51,974 bases of DNA, taken from contig CAWUIS010000001.1 in the NCBI GenBank assembly GCA_963922625.1, forward strand, positions 1 through 51,974, read 5' to 3'. Below, in pieces: positions 9,241 to 19,084 of the stretch. Each line of letters begins with the position of its first letter. Position 1 is the stretch's first letter. Source of the stretch: an uncultured Candidatus Melainabacteria bacterium (GTDB lineage Bacteria > Cyanobacteriota > Vampirovibrionia > LMEP-6097). Below the pieces are notes generated by a model. It did not search any database and was not told where the DNA came from. It worked only from the letters and a program-made list of their open reading frames with translations. A program made the position numbers and the translations under genes.

Positions 9241-9870
9241 CTAAGCAACAACCCTTGCTTCAAGAGCCTTAGAAAGTGTGACTTCATCGGTATAATCCAA
9301 ATCAGCACCCACCGGTAGACCATGGGCAAGCCTTGTAATTTTAAGCTCTAGATTATTCTGGTCTATGAGGCGCTTAATATAAAGCATAGTGGCTTCTCCT
9401 TCTGTACTCAGGCCAATAGCAAGAATCAATTCCTCGATTTCTTGTGTCTTAAGACGCTCTATCAACTCATAAAGATTTAAATCATCTGCACAAATACCAT
9501 CAAGTGGAGAAATCACCCCACCCAAAACATGGTAGAGCCCTTTATAATCATGAGTTCTTTCAAGAGCAATTAAATCTTTTACAGACTCGACTACACAAAT
9601 TTGTTTATTCTGGCGCAGTGGGTTCTGACAAATTTCACATATGGGTTGAGAGCTCAGATTAAAACAGTTAGAGCAATATTTTATATTGTGTTTGGCACTT
9701 TTAACAATGGAAGCAAATTTTTCAACTTGCTCGTTTGATTTTTTCAAAAGCGCAAAAGCCATACGCTGAGCAGATTTAGGTCCAATACTAGGAAACTTTC
9801 GAAACTCCTCGATTAAATCACTCAGCTCTTTGGTATAACCAACATCATGCATTACTGACAAACTGCGCAT
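9241..9870 (-). CDS. recR: recombination protein RecR
   Basis: HhH FPSIGPKSAQRMAF, zinc finger CSNCFNLS..CEIC, Toprim and C-terminal G.P.G..L.Y.D; 209 aa. Confidence 0.94.
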   Translation of the reverse strand: MRSLSVMHDVGYTKELSDLIEEFRKFPSIGPKSAQRMAFALLKKSNEQVEKFASIVKSAKHNIKYCSNCFNLSSQPICEICQNPLRQNKQICVVESVKDLIALERTHDYKGLYHVLGGVISPLDGICADDLNLYELIERLKTQEIEELILAIGLSTEGEATMLYIKRLIDQNNLELKITRLAHGLPVGADLDYTDEVTLSKALEARVVA

Positions 9871-11828
9871 TCTTCGTAATCATTGCCTTGAGATCTAACT
9901 TGCCGACGAACAGAAGTGCTATCTATTGAATCAGCCTCAATCACTGACTCTGATCTTAAGTAATAAAGAGACTTAACTCCCGCTTCATGAGCTTTAATAT
10001 GCAGCTCGTTTAAAAACTTACCACTAATCGGAGAGCGCAAAAACAAATTGAGAGATTGAGCTTGGCAAATATACTGCTGTCTATCACCAGCTTGTTGTAC
10101 TAACTCCATCATATTCAGCTCGTAAGCTGTTTTGAAAACTTGCTTCTCCTCATCAGAAAGAAAATCTAAATGCTGCACGCTTCCTTTATATTCAATAATG
10201 CTTCTCCAGGTTTCAGAGCTATTCTGTCCTTTTTCATCGAGAACTTTCTCTAAGTAAGGATTTTTAACCAAGAAACTACCACTCAAAGTTTTTTGTAAGT
10301 AGGCATTACCAGCAATCGGTTCAACACAAGGAGTAGCACCACCGCAAATAACAGAAATATTTGCAGTTGGCGCAATAGCCATTACATAACTATTACGACG
10401 AGTTCCACCATCCAAGCAAGGACCGCGCTCAACACCTAACTGCTCGCTTGCTTTGATAGCGTTTTCATGGATTGCTTTGAACATGATTTTGTTTTGTGCG
10501 CGTGCTGCAACACTCTCAAAAGGTATACCTTCTTTCATCAAATATCCGTGATAGCCCATTGCACCAAGCCCAATAGAACGCTCTTGTCGAGCTGAATAAA
10601 TAGCACGCTTATAATCACGCGAATCAACGGTCTGAACAAAATTATCAAGAATATTGTCTAAAGCTTTAACAGCAGTGTAAACAACAAACTCTTTTTCTTC
10701 TTGCCAGTCATTCCATCTTTCAAGATTTAAAGAACCCAAACAACAAACAGCTGTTCTCTCTCTATTAGTAGGCAAAGTGATTTCAGAACACAAATTACTT
10801 TGGCTGACATTCAAACCTTTTTCTCTATGGTGCTCAGGCACAGCTTTATTAACAGTGTCTATAAAAAGGATATAAGGCTCACCTGTCTCAACTCGATTTT
10901 TCAGTACCTTTTTCCAAAGATCAAAAGCATCTATAGTCTTTAATGGTTTAGCAGTATGCGGGCAGCGTAAATCAAACTTGGTTCTGGCTTTGACAGCACG
11001 CATAAACTCATCGGTGACGGTAACACCATGATGCAAATTTAAACAACGACGATTATCATCACCACCAGTAGGACGGCGAATCTCAGTAAACTCCTCAATA
11101 TCAGGATGATCAATGCGCATATAAGCTGCTGCTGCTCCACGTCTGGTATTTCCCTGAGAGACAGCAAGAGTAGCCGAGTCCATAACTTTCAAAAATGGAA
11201 TAGTACCCGATGAAGTGCCTCCGGTTGAAAGTTTTGAATTGTGCCCTCTAACAGACGACCAATCAGTACCAATACCACCGCCACCTTTAGCGAGAAAAGC
11301 GTTTTCTTCGTAGGTTTTAAAAATATCTGAGATCGAGTCTCCAACTGTATTTAAAAAACAACTGATAGGTGCTCCGCGACTAGTTGCTGAATTAACCAAG
11401 ACCGGCGTTGCTGGCATAAACCAATTTTTTGACATCAAATCATAAAGGTCCTGAGCAAGTTCTACTTCACCTCTTGCAACTCCAGTTGCAACTCTTGCAA
11501 AAAACATCTGCGGATCTTCACAAATCTCACCTTTAGCATCCTTCAAAAAATACCTATCACGCATAGTTTCAAGGCCAAAAAAAGTAAGATTTTTATCACG
11601 AGTATAGTCAAGTACTATTTTTCTTTGTATGCCTTTATCACCACGATACTGAGGCGAGTCCCAACTAGCACTCTGGCCCACGGTGATCTTGATATGATCC
11701 AAAAGCAAATCTCTAGCACCACTAATATCGTTGGCAGAAAGAGCATCAACAATGCTTCCATACTTATCTTGACTCTGTTCTTGGGTCTCTGTTCTTTGTA
11801 AATCTAGTGCCTGCTGCGTCATATTCAT
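9852..11828 (-). CDS. nrdA: ribonucleotide reductase large (alpha) chain, class-I-like, no ATP-cone
   Basis: Active-site SNLCSEITLPT, AIAPTANIS, class-I-type tyrosine pair GVKSLYYLRSE and C-terminal CAVCQ redox tail; 658 aa; class assignment is an inference. Confidence 0.85.
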   Translation of the reverse strand: MNMTQQALDLQRTETQEQSQDKYGSIVDALSANDISGARDLLLDHIKITVGQSASWDSPQYRGDKGIQRKIVLDYTRDKNLTFFGLETMRDRYFLKDAKGEICEDPQMFFARVATGVARGEVELAQDLYDLMSKNWFMPATPVLVNSATSRGAPISCFLNTVGDSISDIFKTYEENAFLAKGGGGIGTDWSSVRGHNSKLSTGGTSSGTIPFLKVMDSATLAVSQGNTRRGAAAAYMRIDHPDIEEFTEIRRPTGGDDNRRCLNLHHGVTVTDEFMRAVKARTKFDLRCPHTAKPLKTIDAFDLWKKVLKNRVETGEPYILFIDTVNKAVPEHHREKGLNVSQSNLCSEITLPTNRERTAVCCLGSLNLERWNDWQEEKEFVVYTAVKALDNILDNFVQTVDSRDYKRAIYSARQERSIGLGAMGYHGYLMKEGIPFESVAARAQNKIMFKAIHENAIKASEQLGVERGPCLDGGTRRNSYVMAIAPTANISVICGGATPCVEPIAGNAYLQKTLSGSFLVKNPYLEKVLDEKGQNSSETWRSIIEYKGSVQHLDFLSDEEKQVFKTAYELNMMELVQQAGDRQQYICQAQSLNLFLRSPISGKFLNELHIKAHEAGVKSLYYLRSESVIEADSIDSTSVRRQVRSQGNDYEECAVCQ

Positions 11829-11991
11829 ACTATATATGGTGTTTTATCTCTCGAAATAGTTTCCCAGACCGGATTTAATTAAATTAAAGCTAGATCAAGG
11901 AACTAAATTCTAACTGTATTACGGATATATGTAAAGTCCAAAATAAGACCTCTTTCCTGTTATTATGCATAGGGTCAAGAAAATATAAGCA

Positions 11992-13371
11992 ATGGCTATA
12001 AACAGAAAAAACAATGTATTTTCAATCAACTCAGGAATAAATGCTGGTCTTACTCGGCATCGTTTTGCCGACACGGCCAAAACAATTCTAAAAAATATTC
12101 AAGATAAACTCAATGCGATGCCTCAAGATCTCACGCTTGAGAACCCTTTTATTGAGAAGAAAATAATAGAAGAAGGCGAAATTCTAATTCCAGTAAAACT
12201 CTCTGGTGATCCACATCAACTCCGTTTATCCTTAATATTTCCAAAGAATAATATCAATGATGATTATTATGATGAAATATTCAACATTATAAACCTACTA
12301 CCCAAGCAACCTCAAGGACAAGGACTAGAACACCGTATTATCACCGAGACTCGTGAGAGTAATAGATCTATAATAATCGAATTAACAGAGCCACCTGGCA
12401 TAAAACATAACAGTGTTAGTGATAATCGTTTGGCTATCAAAGGTTTATCTGACCCACCAGATAAAGAAGATGTTCTTCAGAACTTAAAAGAGATATCAAG
12501 GCTGGCCTTTTATCAAAAACCCATTTCTAAACTTTTACTTGAGCCATTAAATCGAAACCTAAATATTGTTGGTTCAGAAATTAAAAAACAATATATGGGT
12601 CCATATTTCTTGACACTTAAGGTCCTGAATGAAGAGGACCTGGACCTGATTAAAGAACATTTCACAAACGCGGAGGATAAAGAAATAACAAGAATCTCTC
12701 GAGCTCTAGACTTCATTAACAAAGTCAATGCTCAATTCTCTCAAAACCCAGACGTAAGAGAGACTCCGAACTTTGCCATAATAAACATTGAGCCTCAACA
12801 AACAAAATCTACAGAAGCTACGAAAACAAAGCCAAGTTTATCTTTTGAAATAGCACCAGAGCCAAAGGAGGGACTTTACTACGTCATCAAGATCAAAACG
12901 GATAATGATGGTAACGATACAAATTTTAAAGCTACAAGAAACGACGACTCATTATTTGGATTGAACTTAGACCAACTAGACCAAATGTTTTCAATGGGCA
13001 ATCAAGACTTTTGCAGCAGCACTTATTACCATAAAATCCAAATACCAGGCGAGAGTGATCAAGAGGGCTCACGTTTGTGTATAGATTTTTTATTCTGGGA
13101 AGGCAATGATTGTCTCGATTCAAAAGCTAAAGTTTGCACTATATTAAATCTCATCAAGCAAGAGTTAAAAGCAAAAAATATCAGCCCTTCCTTACCTACG
13201 GTAATAGACTTCACCACCTCAGAAGAGGACAAGAACTTTAGAATCAAAACCACAGCATTAACAGCAGAAAATGATAATCCAGAAGGGTTTTTAGTGGATC
13301 TAACTGAAGTTGATAATTTCTGGAACCACAAAGCTGATCTTGAAAATTTTAATGTAGTTGTTGATGATTAA
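11992..13371 (+). CDS. hypothetical protein (459 aa), orphan
   Basis: Long uninterrupted ORF in low-GC DNA (14/60 GC in line 12241-12300); no motif recognised. Confidence 0.6.
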   Translation: MAINRKNNVFSINSGINAGLTRHRFADTAKTILKNIQDKLNAMPQDLTLENPFIEKKIIEEGEILIPVKLSGDPHQLRLSLIFPKNNINDDYYDEIFNIINLLPKQPQGQGLEHRIITETRESNRSIIIELTEPPGIKHNSVSDNRLAIKGLSDPPDKEDVLQNLKEISRLAFYQKPISKLLLEPLNRNLNIVGSEIKKQYMGPYFLTLKVLNEEDLDLIKEHFTNAEDKEITRISRALDFINKVNAQFSQNPDVRETPNFAIINIEPQQTKSTEATKTKPSLSFEIAPEPKEGLYYVIKIKTDNDGNDTNFKATRNDDSLFGLNLDQLDQMFSMGNQDFCSSTYYHKIQIPGESDQEGSRLCIDFLFWEGNDCLDSKAKVCTILNLIKQELKAKNISPSLPTVIDFTTSEEDKNFRIKTTALTAENDNPEGFLVDLTEVDNFWNHKADLENFNVVVDD

Positions 13372-13384
13372 GGACAACTTAAAG

Positions 13385-13773
13385 TCAAGCAATAAGGCGA
13401 CCTGCCCACAAATCCTGGATAAAATCCTGGTAATTTAAAACATAAATACCGTCTTCGGTTAAACGGCTTTGATCAACTAAGCTCACAACTACTCGTTTGG
13501 TGACCTGCTCTTGCTCCTTAACTAGCTCTCTTAAACCGTGGAGATCTTCTTTCTTGATTTTGTCTTTTGCTTTAACTTCAATTGCAAGCTCAAAGTCGTT
13601 AACAACAAAATCAACCTCAGCAGCACCGCTAGCTAAACGCCAATAGCTCAAATCCCAAAAATAGAAGACTCGTAGCTAGCTTTAAGTAAAGAAGTCTTAC
13701 CAGACTGCCTGGGTCCCCATAGAAAAAAACTCTCGTTTGGGCAATTTTCTAAATTAAGAGCACGCTTAATCAT
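13385..13773 (-). pseudogene. degraded AAA_14/DUF4143 ATPase gene (N-terminal 41 codons plus C-terminal 88 codons, out of frame, about 270 codons missing)
   Basis: 13773-13648 encodes MIKRALNLENCPNESFFLWGPRQSGKTSLLK.. (Walker A) ending at TGA; the overlapping frame 13651-13385 encodes ..YWRLASGAAEVDFVV..AIEVKAK.. (C-terminal nuclease-fold motif of the family). Confidence 0.75.
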
Positions 13774-13833
13774 GATAATTTGAAGTACCACTTAAAAATA
13801 TTGCGATAATTTGAAGTGCTACTTAAAAATATT
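13774..13833. repeat. two tandem 29-bp direct repeats (31-bp period) abutting the pseudogene start codon
   Basis: GATAATTTGAAGTACCACTTAAAAATATT (13774-13802) and GATAATTTGAAGTGCTACTTAAAAATATT (13805-13833); 27/29 identical; both differences fall in the loop of a small AAGT/ACTT hairpin. Confidence 0.9.
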
Positions 13834-13922
13834 ATGCCACAAGGCTTAAAAAATACAGCTAATTGGCATTACTCACGAATGACACTCCAACTAAAATTCT
13901 GCAAAAAGATCAAACAATTATA

Positions 13923-13951
13923 TTGACACAATGCCAAGAATGGGATATAAA
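13923..13951 (+). promoter_or_regulatory. candidate sigma70-type promoter for the smc operon
   Basis: TTGACA (13923-13928), 17-nt spacer, TATAAA (13946-13951), about 75 nt upstream of the smc TTG start; GGAAG RBS at 14011. Confidence 0.4.
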
Positions 13952-14024
13952 AATAAGCTATTACGTCTTTCTAGTAAAAAGACATTATATTTATAAGTAG
14001 TTAGAAAGTCGGAAGCTTAGTATA

Positions 14025-17000
14025 TTGCGCATTAAAGAAATAGAGCTCGATAATTTCAAAAGTTTTGGTGAGAAAACCACTATCCCGATTCTTGATGGTT
14101 TTTCTGCTGTCTCTGGGCCTAATGGCTCTGGTAAATCTAATGTCGTTGACTCCTTGATGTTCGCACTGGGGCTAACCACTACACGCACTATGCGTGCAGA
14201 AAAACTAACCGACCTTATCAACAACATCTCTGGCAGACCTGAGTGCAGTGTAAAAGTCAGTTTTCTCAACGAAGAGAACGGAGAGGAAGTAAAAGTTGAA
14301 CGTAAAATTCGTATCAAAAAAGATAGTTACGATAGCAAGTATTTTCTCAATGGCAACAACTCAACACTCAGAGAGATCCACGAGAAACTAGGTCAGTTTA
14401 ATATCAGCCCCAAAGGCTATAACGTTGTCATGCAAGGTGATGTCGCATCGATCATCTCCATGAACTCAAACGATAGACGCAAAATCATTGACGAGATTGC
14501 CGGCGTCGCTGAATTTGACCGCAAGATAGAGCTGTCTGACAAAGAGCTGACAACTGTACAAGAGCGCATCGAAGAACAAGAGCTGATCCTCAAAGAGCTT
14601 GAACAAAGACTCAAGCAACTAGAAAAACAAAGAGAAGAAGCCCTACGCTACCAAAAATTAAAAGAGCGCCGTATAGAACTGGAAAGGCAATTTTTAGCAA
14701 TTCGTATACGCCAAGTACGTAACGAAAAAACAAGAGTCGAAACAGAAATCGAAGAGCTCAAAACACTAAAAGTCTCATTACAAAAAGAGCAAGCTGAGAT
14801 TAACGAAAAAATGGCTAATGCTCAAAGCGAACTTAACAAGATCTCCAAAGAAATTGAAGACTTAGGTGAATCTAGACAAAAAGAGCTAGTAGACCAGCGC
14901 GAAGAAAAAAAAGAAGTAATTGCTCGAGAAGAAAGTAATATCGAATTTTTGGATAAACAAATTCTTGATGAAACAGCAGAACAAGAAAATCGAGCTAAGG
15001 AAATTAAAGAGCTAAAAAAATCACTGAAAAATATCGCATTTAAATCGAACGAGTTTGCTCAAGAGATGGATGTCATCAAGCAAAACATCGCAAGCGAAGA
15101 AAAACGATATAACGAACTTCAAGACCAAATTCTCTCCAAATCAAAAAACTCTAATATCAGCACTCAAAGTGTAATGGCAAGCCAGGAGAGAGTAAGCGAG
15201 CTCAAAGCCAAAAAATCTAGTATCAGTGAAGAAAAAGCCAGGCTTGAAGAAAAAATCAATCTCCAAGAGGACAAAATACAAAAACACCGACAGGCTGCTG
15301 AAGAAGCGTCTAATAAAATCCAAGAACTACAACTAAGCTTTGATACAGCTGGTGGTGCTCAAATCAAAGAAGAAATAAGCTTTGTTAGCAAAAGTATTCA
15401 AACCCTCAAAGAAGAAGCTAGAGACACAAAAGAAGAAATAGAAAAACAAGAACAAAAACTCAGAAAAGTTGTCAGCGAACTCGACAAAATCGAAGGACAA
15501 GAACAAGCAGCCTCAGCAGCTGGTTTTGGCAAGGCTGTTGAAATGGTTCTAGGAATCGATGGGGTTAAAGGTACCCTCGCTCAACTTGGTAGAGTCGAAG
15601 GAGAATATCAAACTGCTGTAGAAACCGCTGCTGGTGCAAGACTAAGAGCAGTAGTAGTTGAGGATGATTACGTTGCCAGTGAGTGTATCGACTACCTAAG
15701 AGAACAAAGAGCAGGACGCGCAACTTTTTTACCACTCAATAAAATGCAAGCAGCCAGAGACTACCCGCTACCGAACGAAAGAGGGGTCGTTGATTGGGCT
15801 ATTAACCTTGTTGTTTTTGATGAAGATTACCGAGATGCCTTTAACTATGCCTTTGCTGGTACTTTAGTTGTAAAAAACCTGGAAGTATCTAGAAAGCTTA
15901 TCGGCCGTTACCGCATGGTAACTGTTAATGGTGACCTGATTGAAAGAAGCGGAGCGATGACTGGTGGTGCCTCTGTTAAATCAAATATTCACTTCGGGGC
16001 TGATACCCAAAGAGAAAAACAAAGACTAGAAACTCAAAAACAAGAGTACTTAAATTTTGCAAGACAACTCAAACAAGAGCTGAATGGTTTAGATCAGCAA
16101 ATCGAAGAAAATCAAAACAAACTTGAAAGTCTCAGAGAAAACTACAGCGAAAAACAAGCTCAAAGTGGAATCTCAGAAGTGCAAATGGCAAGTCTCAAAG
16201 AAACCTACAATAAAGAAAAAGACGAGCTGAGTAGCTGTGCCGGTCAAATCGAAGAGATTAGCTCAGAGATGGATAGAATCAATTTACAAATTTCTAAACT
16301 CGACGAACAAATAGAAAAAGAAGAAGCGAGCTTACAAGATCTGGCAGGTGAAATGCAGGACTCCAAACTTGAGGCTATCATCCAAGAAAGCAGAGAGATT
16401 GAAATTGAGATCAAACGCTATCAAACAATGCTCAATAACCTCATCAACGAATCTAAAGGACTTGAAGTAGAAAAAAACCTATCACAACAAAACATCGATA
16501 AAATCCAGAGCAAAATCAGTGAATCTGAGCTTGAGATACAAGGACTAACAGAGAAAAAACCACAACACCTAGAAAAAATCGAGGGCTTAAATATTGAGCT
16601 GAGAAACATAGATCAAGAACTAGAAAAGCTCAAAGAACTTCTTAGTAAACATCAAGCTCGCCGTGAAGAAATATCGCAAGAGCTGATGCAGCTTGGTCAA
16701 AGAAAAGGCGAGGTTATTAGTACTGTTGAATCTACTGCAATAAAAATTGTGGAATTGAAGAAGCGTTTGTCTAGCGTTAACGACCACTTGAGTCAGTTAC
16801 TAGAAGAGCTCAAAGAACATCCTGAACTTGAAGAAATAGAACTGCCAGAAGAAGATATCAGCAAACTGCAAGCAGAAATTAATCATATTGAAAAACAAAT
16901 GCGATCAATGGAACCTATCAATATGCACGCGATCCATGAATACGATGAAGTCGCTGAGCGCAAATCAGAGATCGAAAGCAAAAGAGCCACCCTTGGTGAA

Positions 17001-17531
17001 GAAAGACAAATGCTTTTAGACAAAATTGACAGCTATAAAAGCCAGAAAAAAGATAGCTTCCTTAAAGATTTCAACAAAATCGATACTTACTTCAGAGAAA
17101 CTTTTGCTGACCTCAGCTTTGGTCAAGGAGAACTGGTACTAGAAGATCCTGAAAATATCTTTGAGGGTGGGCTTGTCATCAAAGCACAGCCTCGCGGTAA
17201 AAAGATGCAAAGGCTAGAAGCCATGAGTGGTGGTGAAAAATCTCTGACTGCTTTAAGTTTCCTATTTGCACTACAGCAATGTAATCCTGCTCCATTCTAC
17301 GCTTTTGATGAAGTAGATTCTGCTCTTGATGGTGTCAATGTTGACAGACTAGCGAATAAAATCCGTAGAAACTCCCGCTCTACACAATTTTTAGTTGTGA
17401 CTCATAGACGCCCAATGCTCGAACAGTCAGATAGAGCTATTGGCGTATCAGTTTCTAAACGAGGCTTTAGTCAAGTCATTGGTGTAAAAAATATTGAACA
17501 CCTTGCCGAGGAGAACTTAGTTGCAGCATAG
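14025..17531 (+). CDS. smc: chromosome partition protein Smc
   Basis: Walker A GPNGSGKSN, long coiled coils with central hinge (GIDGVKGTLAQL..), signature SGGEKSLTALSFLFA, Walker B FYAFDEVDSALD; 1168 aa. Confidence 0.96.
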   Translation: MRIKEIELDNFKSFGEKTTIPILDGFSAVSGPNGSGKSNVVDSLMFALGLTTTRTMRAEKLTDLINNISGRPECSVKVSFLNEENGEEVKVERKIRIKKDSYDSKYFLNGNNSTLREIHEKLGQFNISPKGYNVVMQGDVASIISMNSNDRRKIIDEIAGVAEFDRKIELSDKELTTVQERIEEQELILKELEQRLKQLEKQREEALRYQKLKERRIELERQFLAIRIRQVRNEKTRVETEIEELKTLKVSLQKEQAEINEKMANAQSELNKISKEIEDLGESRQKELVDQREEKKEVIAREESNIEFLDKQILDETAEQENRAKEIKELKKSLKNIAFKSNEFAQEMDVIKQNIASEEKRYNELQDQILSKSKNSNISTQSVMASQERVSELKAKKSSISEEKARLEEKINLQEDKIQKHRQAAEEASNKIQELQLSFDTAGGAQIKEEISFVSKSIQTLKEEARDTKEEIEKQEQKLRKVVSELDKIEGQEQAASAAGFGKAVEMVLGIDGVKGTLAQLGRVEGEYQTAVETAAGARLRAVVVEDDYVASECIDYLREQRAGRATFLPLNKMQAARDYPLPNERGVVDWAINLVVFDEDYRDAFNYAFAGTLVVKNLEVSRKLIGRYRMVTVNGDLIERSGAMTGGASVKSNIHFGADTQREKQRLETQKQEYLNFARQLKQELNGLDQQIEENQNKLESLRENYSEKQAQSGISEVQMASLKETYNKEKDELSSCAGQIEEISSEMDRINLQISKLDEQIEKEEASLQDLAGEMQDSKLEAIIQESREIEIEIKRYQTMLNNLINESKGLEVEKNLSQQNIDKIQSKISESELEIQGLTEKKPQHLEKIEGLNIELRNIDQELEKLKELLSKHQARREEISQELMQLGQRKGEVISTVESTAIKIVELKKRLSSVNDHLSQLLEELKEHPELEEIELPEEDISKLQAEINHIEKQMRSMEPINMHAIHEYDEVAERKSEIESKRATLGEERQMLLDKIDSYKSQKKDSFLKDFNKIDTYFRETFADLSFGQGELVLEDPENIFEGGLVIKAQPRGKKMQRLEAMSGGEKSLTALSFLFALQQCNPAPFYAFDEVDSALDGVNVDRLANKIRRNSRSTQFLVVTHRRPMLEQSDRAIGVSVSKRGFSQVIGVKNIEHLAEENLVAA

Positions 17532-18351
17532 TAGCGCTACAGATTTCTATCAAAGTGATGTAAGTGAGCTCAAATTAGAGCAAGTAGACCTGACTCAAAA
17601 CGAGATTGATAATGTCGAGCGCAATATTGACGACGCTAGCCTAGAGCTTTTGGTCAATATGGCAAGGGAAGGAGAGCTTGATCCTTGGGATGTTGACCTA
17701 GAAAAAATCACAACTAGATACCTTGAGCTCATCAGCCAACAAGAACCCGGTAATTTGAAAGAAGCTGGTAGAGCTATTTTCTATGCCTCTGTTTTACTAA
17801 GGATGAAAAGCGATATGCTGGCACAGGAATCTAATGATGCTCTCAATATAGGAGTACATCAAGAACTAGATGACGATTATTTACTCCAAGAAGAGCTAGA
17901 AGCCAAAAACAATACTCAAATCACGTTCTCGGATTTAGAAGCTGCTCTGAGAAGAAAATATATCCAAAAAGCAAAACGCTTTAGAAAACTAACCTTGCAA
18001 GATCTCATCAAATCACTACAAGATGCCAAGGAAGAGGAAGATAGAAAAATTGCCCGTAAGCAACAACAACTTCTAAATTTGCAAGATTATGAAATCGTGG
18101 CACCTGAACTTGGAGATGACATTATGGATCTGGTACACGCAGAAAACCTGGAAGACGCTATCGAAAGACTAGATGCCATACTACCAGAACACCTATTTGA
18201 GGACAAATTTTTAGAATTTAAAGAAGTTGTCAAACTACTTGGCAATTGGTCAAATGCTTTTCTTGCTTGTATCTTTCTTGCCCATGAGGCAAAAGTTGAT
18301 TTGAAACAAGACAAGTTTTACGAGGATTTATTTCTATATGGAACAGAGTAG
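17521..18351 (+). CDS. scpA: segregation and condensation protein A (kleisin)
   Basis: LELLVNMAREGELDPWDVDLEKITTRYLELI matches the conserved ScpA N-terminal block; TTG start overlapping the smc stop by 11 nt. Confidence 0.82.
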   Translation: MQHSSATDFYQSDVSELKLEQVDLTQNEIDNVERNIDDASLELLVNMAREGELDPWDVDLEKITTRYLELISQQEPGNLKEAGRAIFYASVLLRMKSDMLAQESNDALNIGVHQELDDDYLLQEELEAKNNTQITFSDLEAALRRKYIQKAKRFRKLTLQDLIKSLQDAKEEEDRKIARKQQQLLNLQDYEIVAPELGDDIMDLVHAENLEDAIERLDAILPEHLFEDKFLEFKEVVKLLGNWSNAFLACIFLAHEAKVDLKQDKFYEDLFLYGTE

Positions 18352-19084
18352 TGCAACAAACTTAGATTTTTTTCAAACGCCTTCATCTTTAAAAGACTTT
18401 GAGGATTTCAATAAACTCATACCAAGTTCAGGTTTTGATTTCACAGTTCCTGCTGAAAATACTAAGCTTGAAATTCGTTCTATTATTGATGAAGCTAAGG
18501 CAGGCAAAATAAAAGACATCAAAGCAAAAGTTGAAGCTTTGCTTTTTCTTAGTGAAAAACCAAGAATGGCAGCTAGTATCGCAGGACAAATTGGCATCGA
18601 AACTAGCTTAGTGCAACAAGCATTAACACAACTAGTACAAGAATACGAAGAGAGAGATGGTGGTTTAATCATTGATTGTAGACATGGTTACTGTATGCAA
18701 ATCAGAGAAGAGTTTGAAAATCTCACAGAAGATTTATTACCAATAGAATTACGCACTGCAGTTTTAAGAACTCTTTCTACAATCGCTCTCAAAGAACCCC
18801 TTTTACAAAGTGATTTGGTAAAAATTCGTGGTGGAGGTGCTTACGAGCATGTCAAAGAACTAGCTGAGCTAGGTTTAGTAAAGCGCTCTAAGGATGGACA
18901 CTCTAATATTCTGCATACAACAAAATTTTTTGCTGAAAACTTCAAGCTTTCACAAAACGGAGTTGAACTCCAAGATATACTTAAAAAGGCAAGCCCGAGT
19001 GAAGTAGAATTTATAAAGCCAAACGAAAAAGAAAATTTAGCCAATGACAGTAATGGACCAGCAGCTATGGCACAAGAGAACTAA
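18338..19084 (+). CDS. scpB: segregation and condensation protein B
   Basis: VEALLFLSEKP......IAGQIGIE...VQQALTQLVQEYEERDGGLII....GYCMQ pattern of ScpB winged helices; overlaps scpA by 14 nt. Confidence 0.82.
   Translation: MEQSSATNLDFFQTPSSLKDFEDFNKLIPSSGFDFTVPAENTKLEIRSIIDEAKAGKIKDIKAKVEALLFLSEKPRMAASIAGQIGIETSLVQQALTQLVQEYEERDGGLIIDCRHGYCMQIREEFENLTEDLLPIELRTAVLRTLSTIALKEPLLQSDLVKIRGGGAYEHVKELAELGLVKRSKDGHSNILHTTKFFAENFKLSQNGVELQDILKKASPSEVEFIKPNEKENLANDSNGPAAMAQEN

Noticed and set aside
11829-11991. Cobalamin riboswitch or other structured leader upstream of the RNR gene
   Set aside because: No B12-box (GCCACTG-like) or extended conserved stems are visible on the coding strand. The protein also looks class I, not B12-dependent.
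13774-13833. Tandem repeats at 13774-13833 and 35960-36022 as mini CRISPR arrays
   Set aside because: There are only two repeat units each, with 2-nt or 17-nt gaps rather than 30-40 nt unique spacers, and no cas genes in the window.
13991-16609. ORF-track entries antisense to smc (13991-14317, 14417-14614, 15141-15323, 16421-16609)
   Set aside because: They lie fully inside the well-supported smc CDS on the opposite strand. Their S/L/F-rich low-complexity translations are typical of the antisense of K/E-rich coiled-coil coding DNA.
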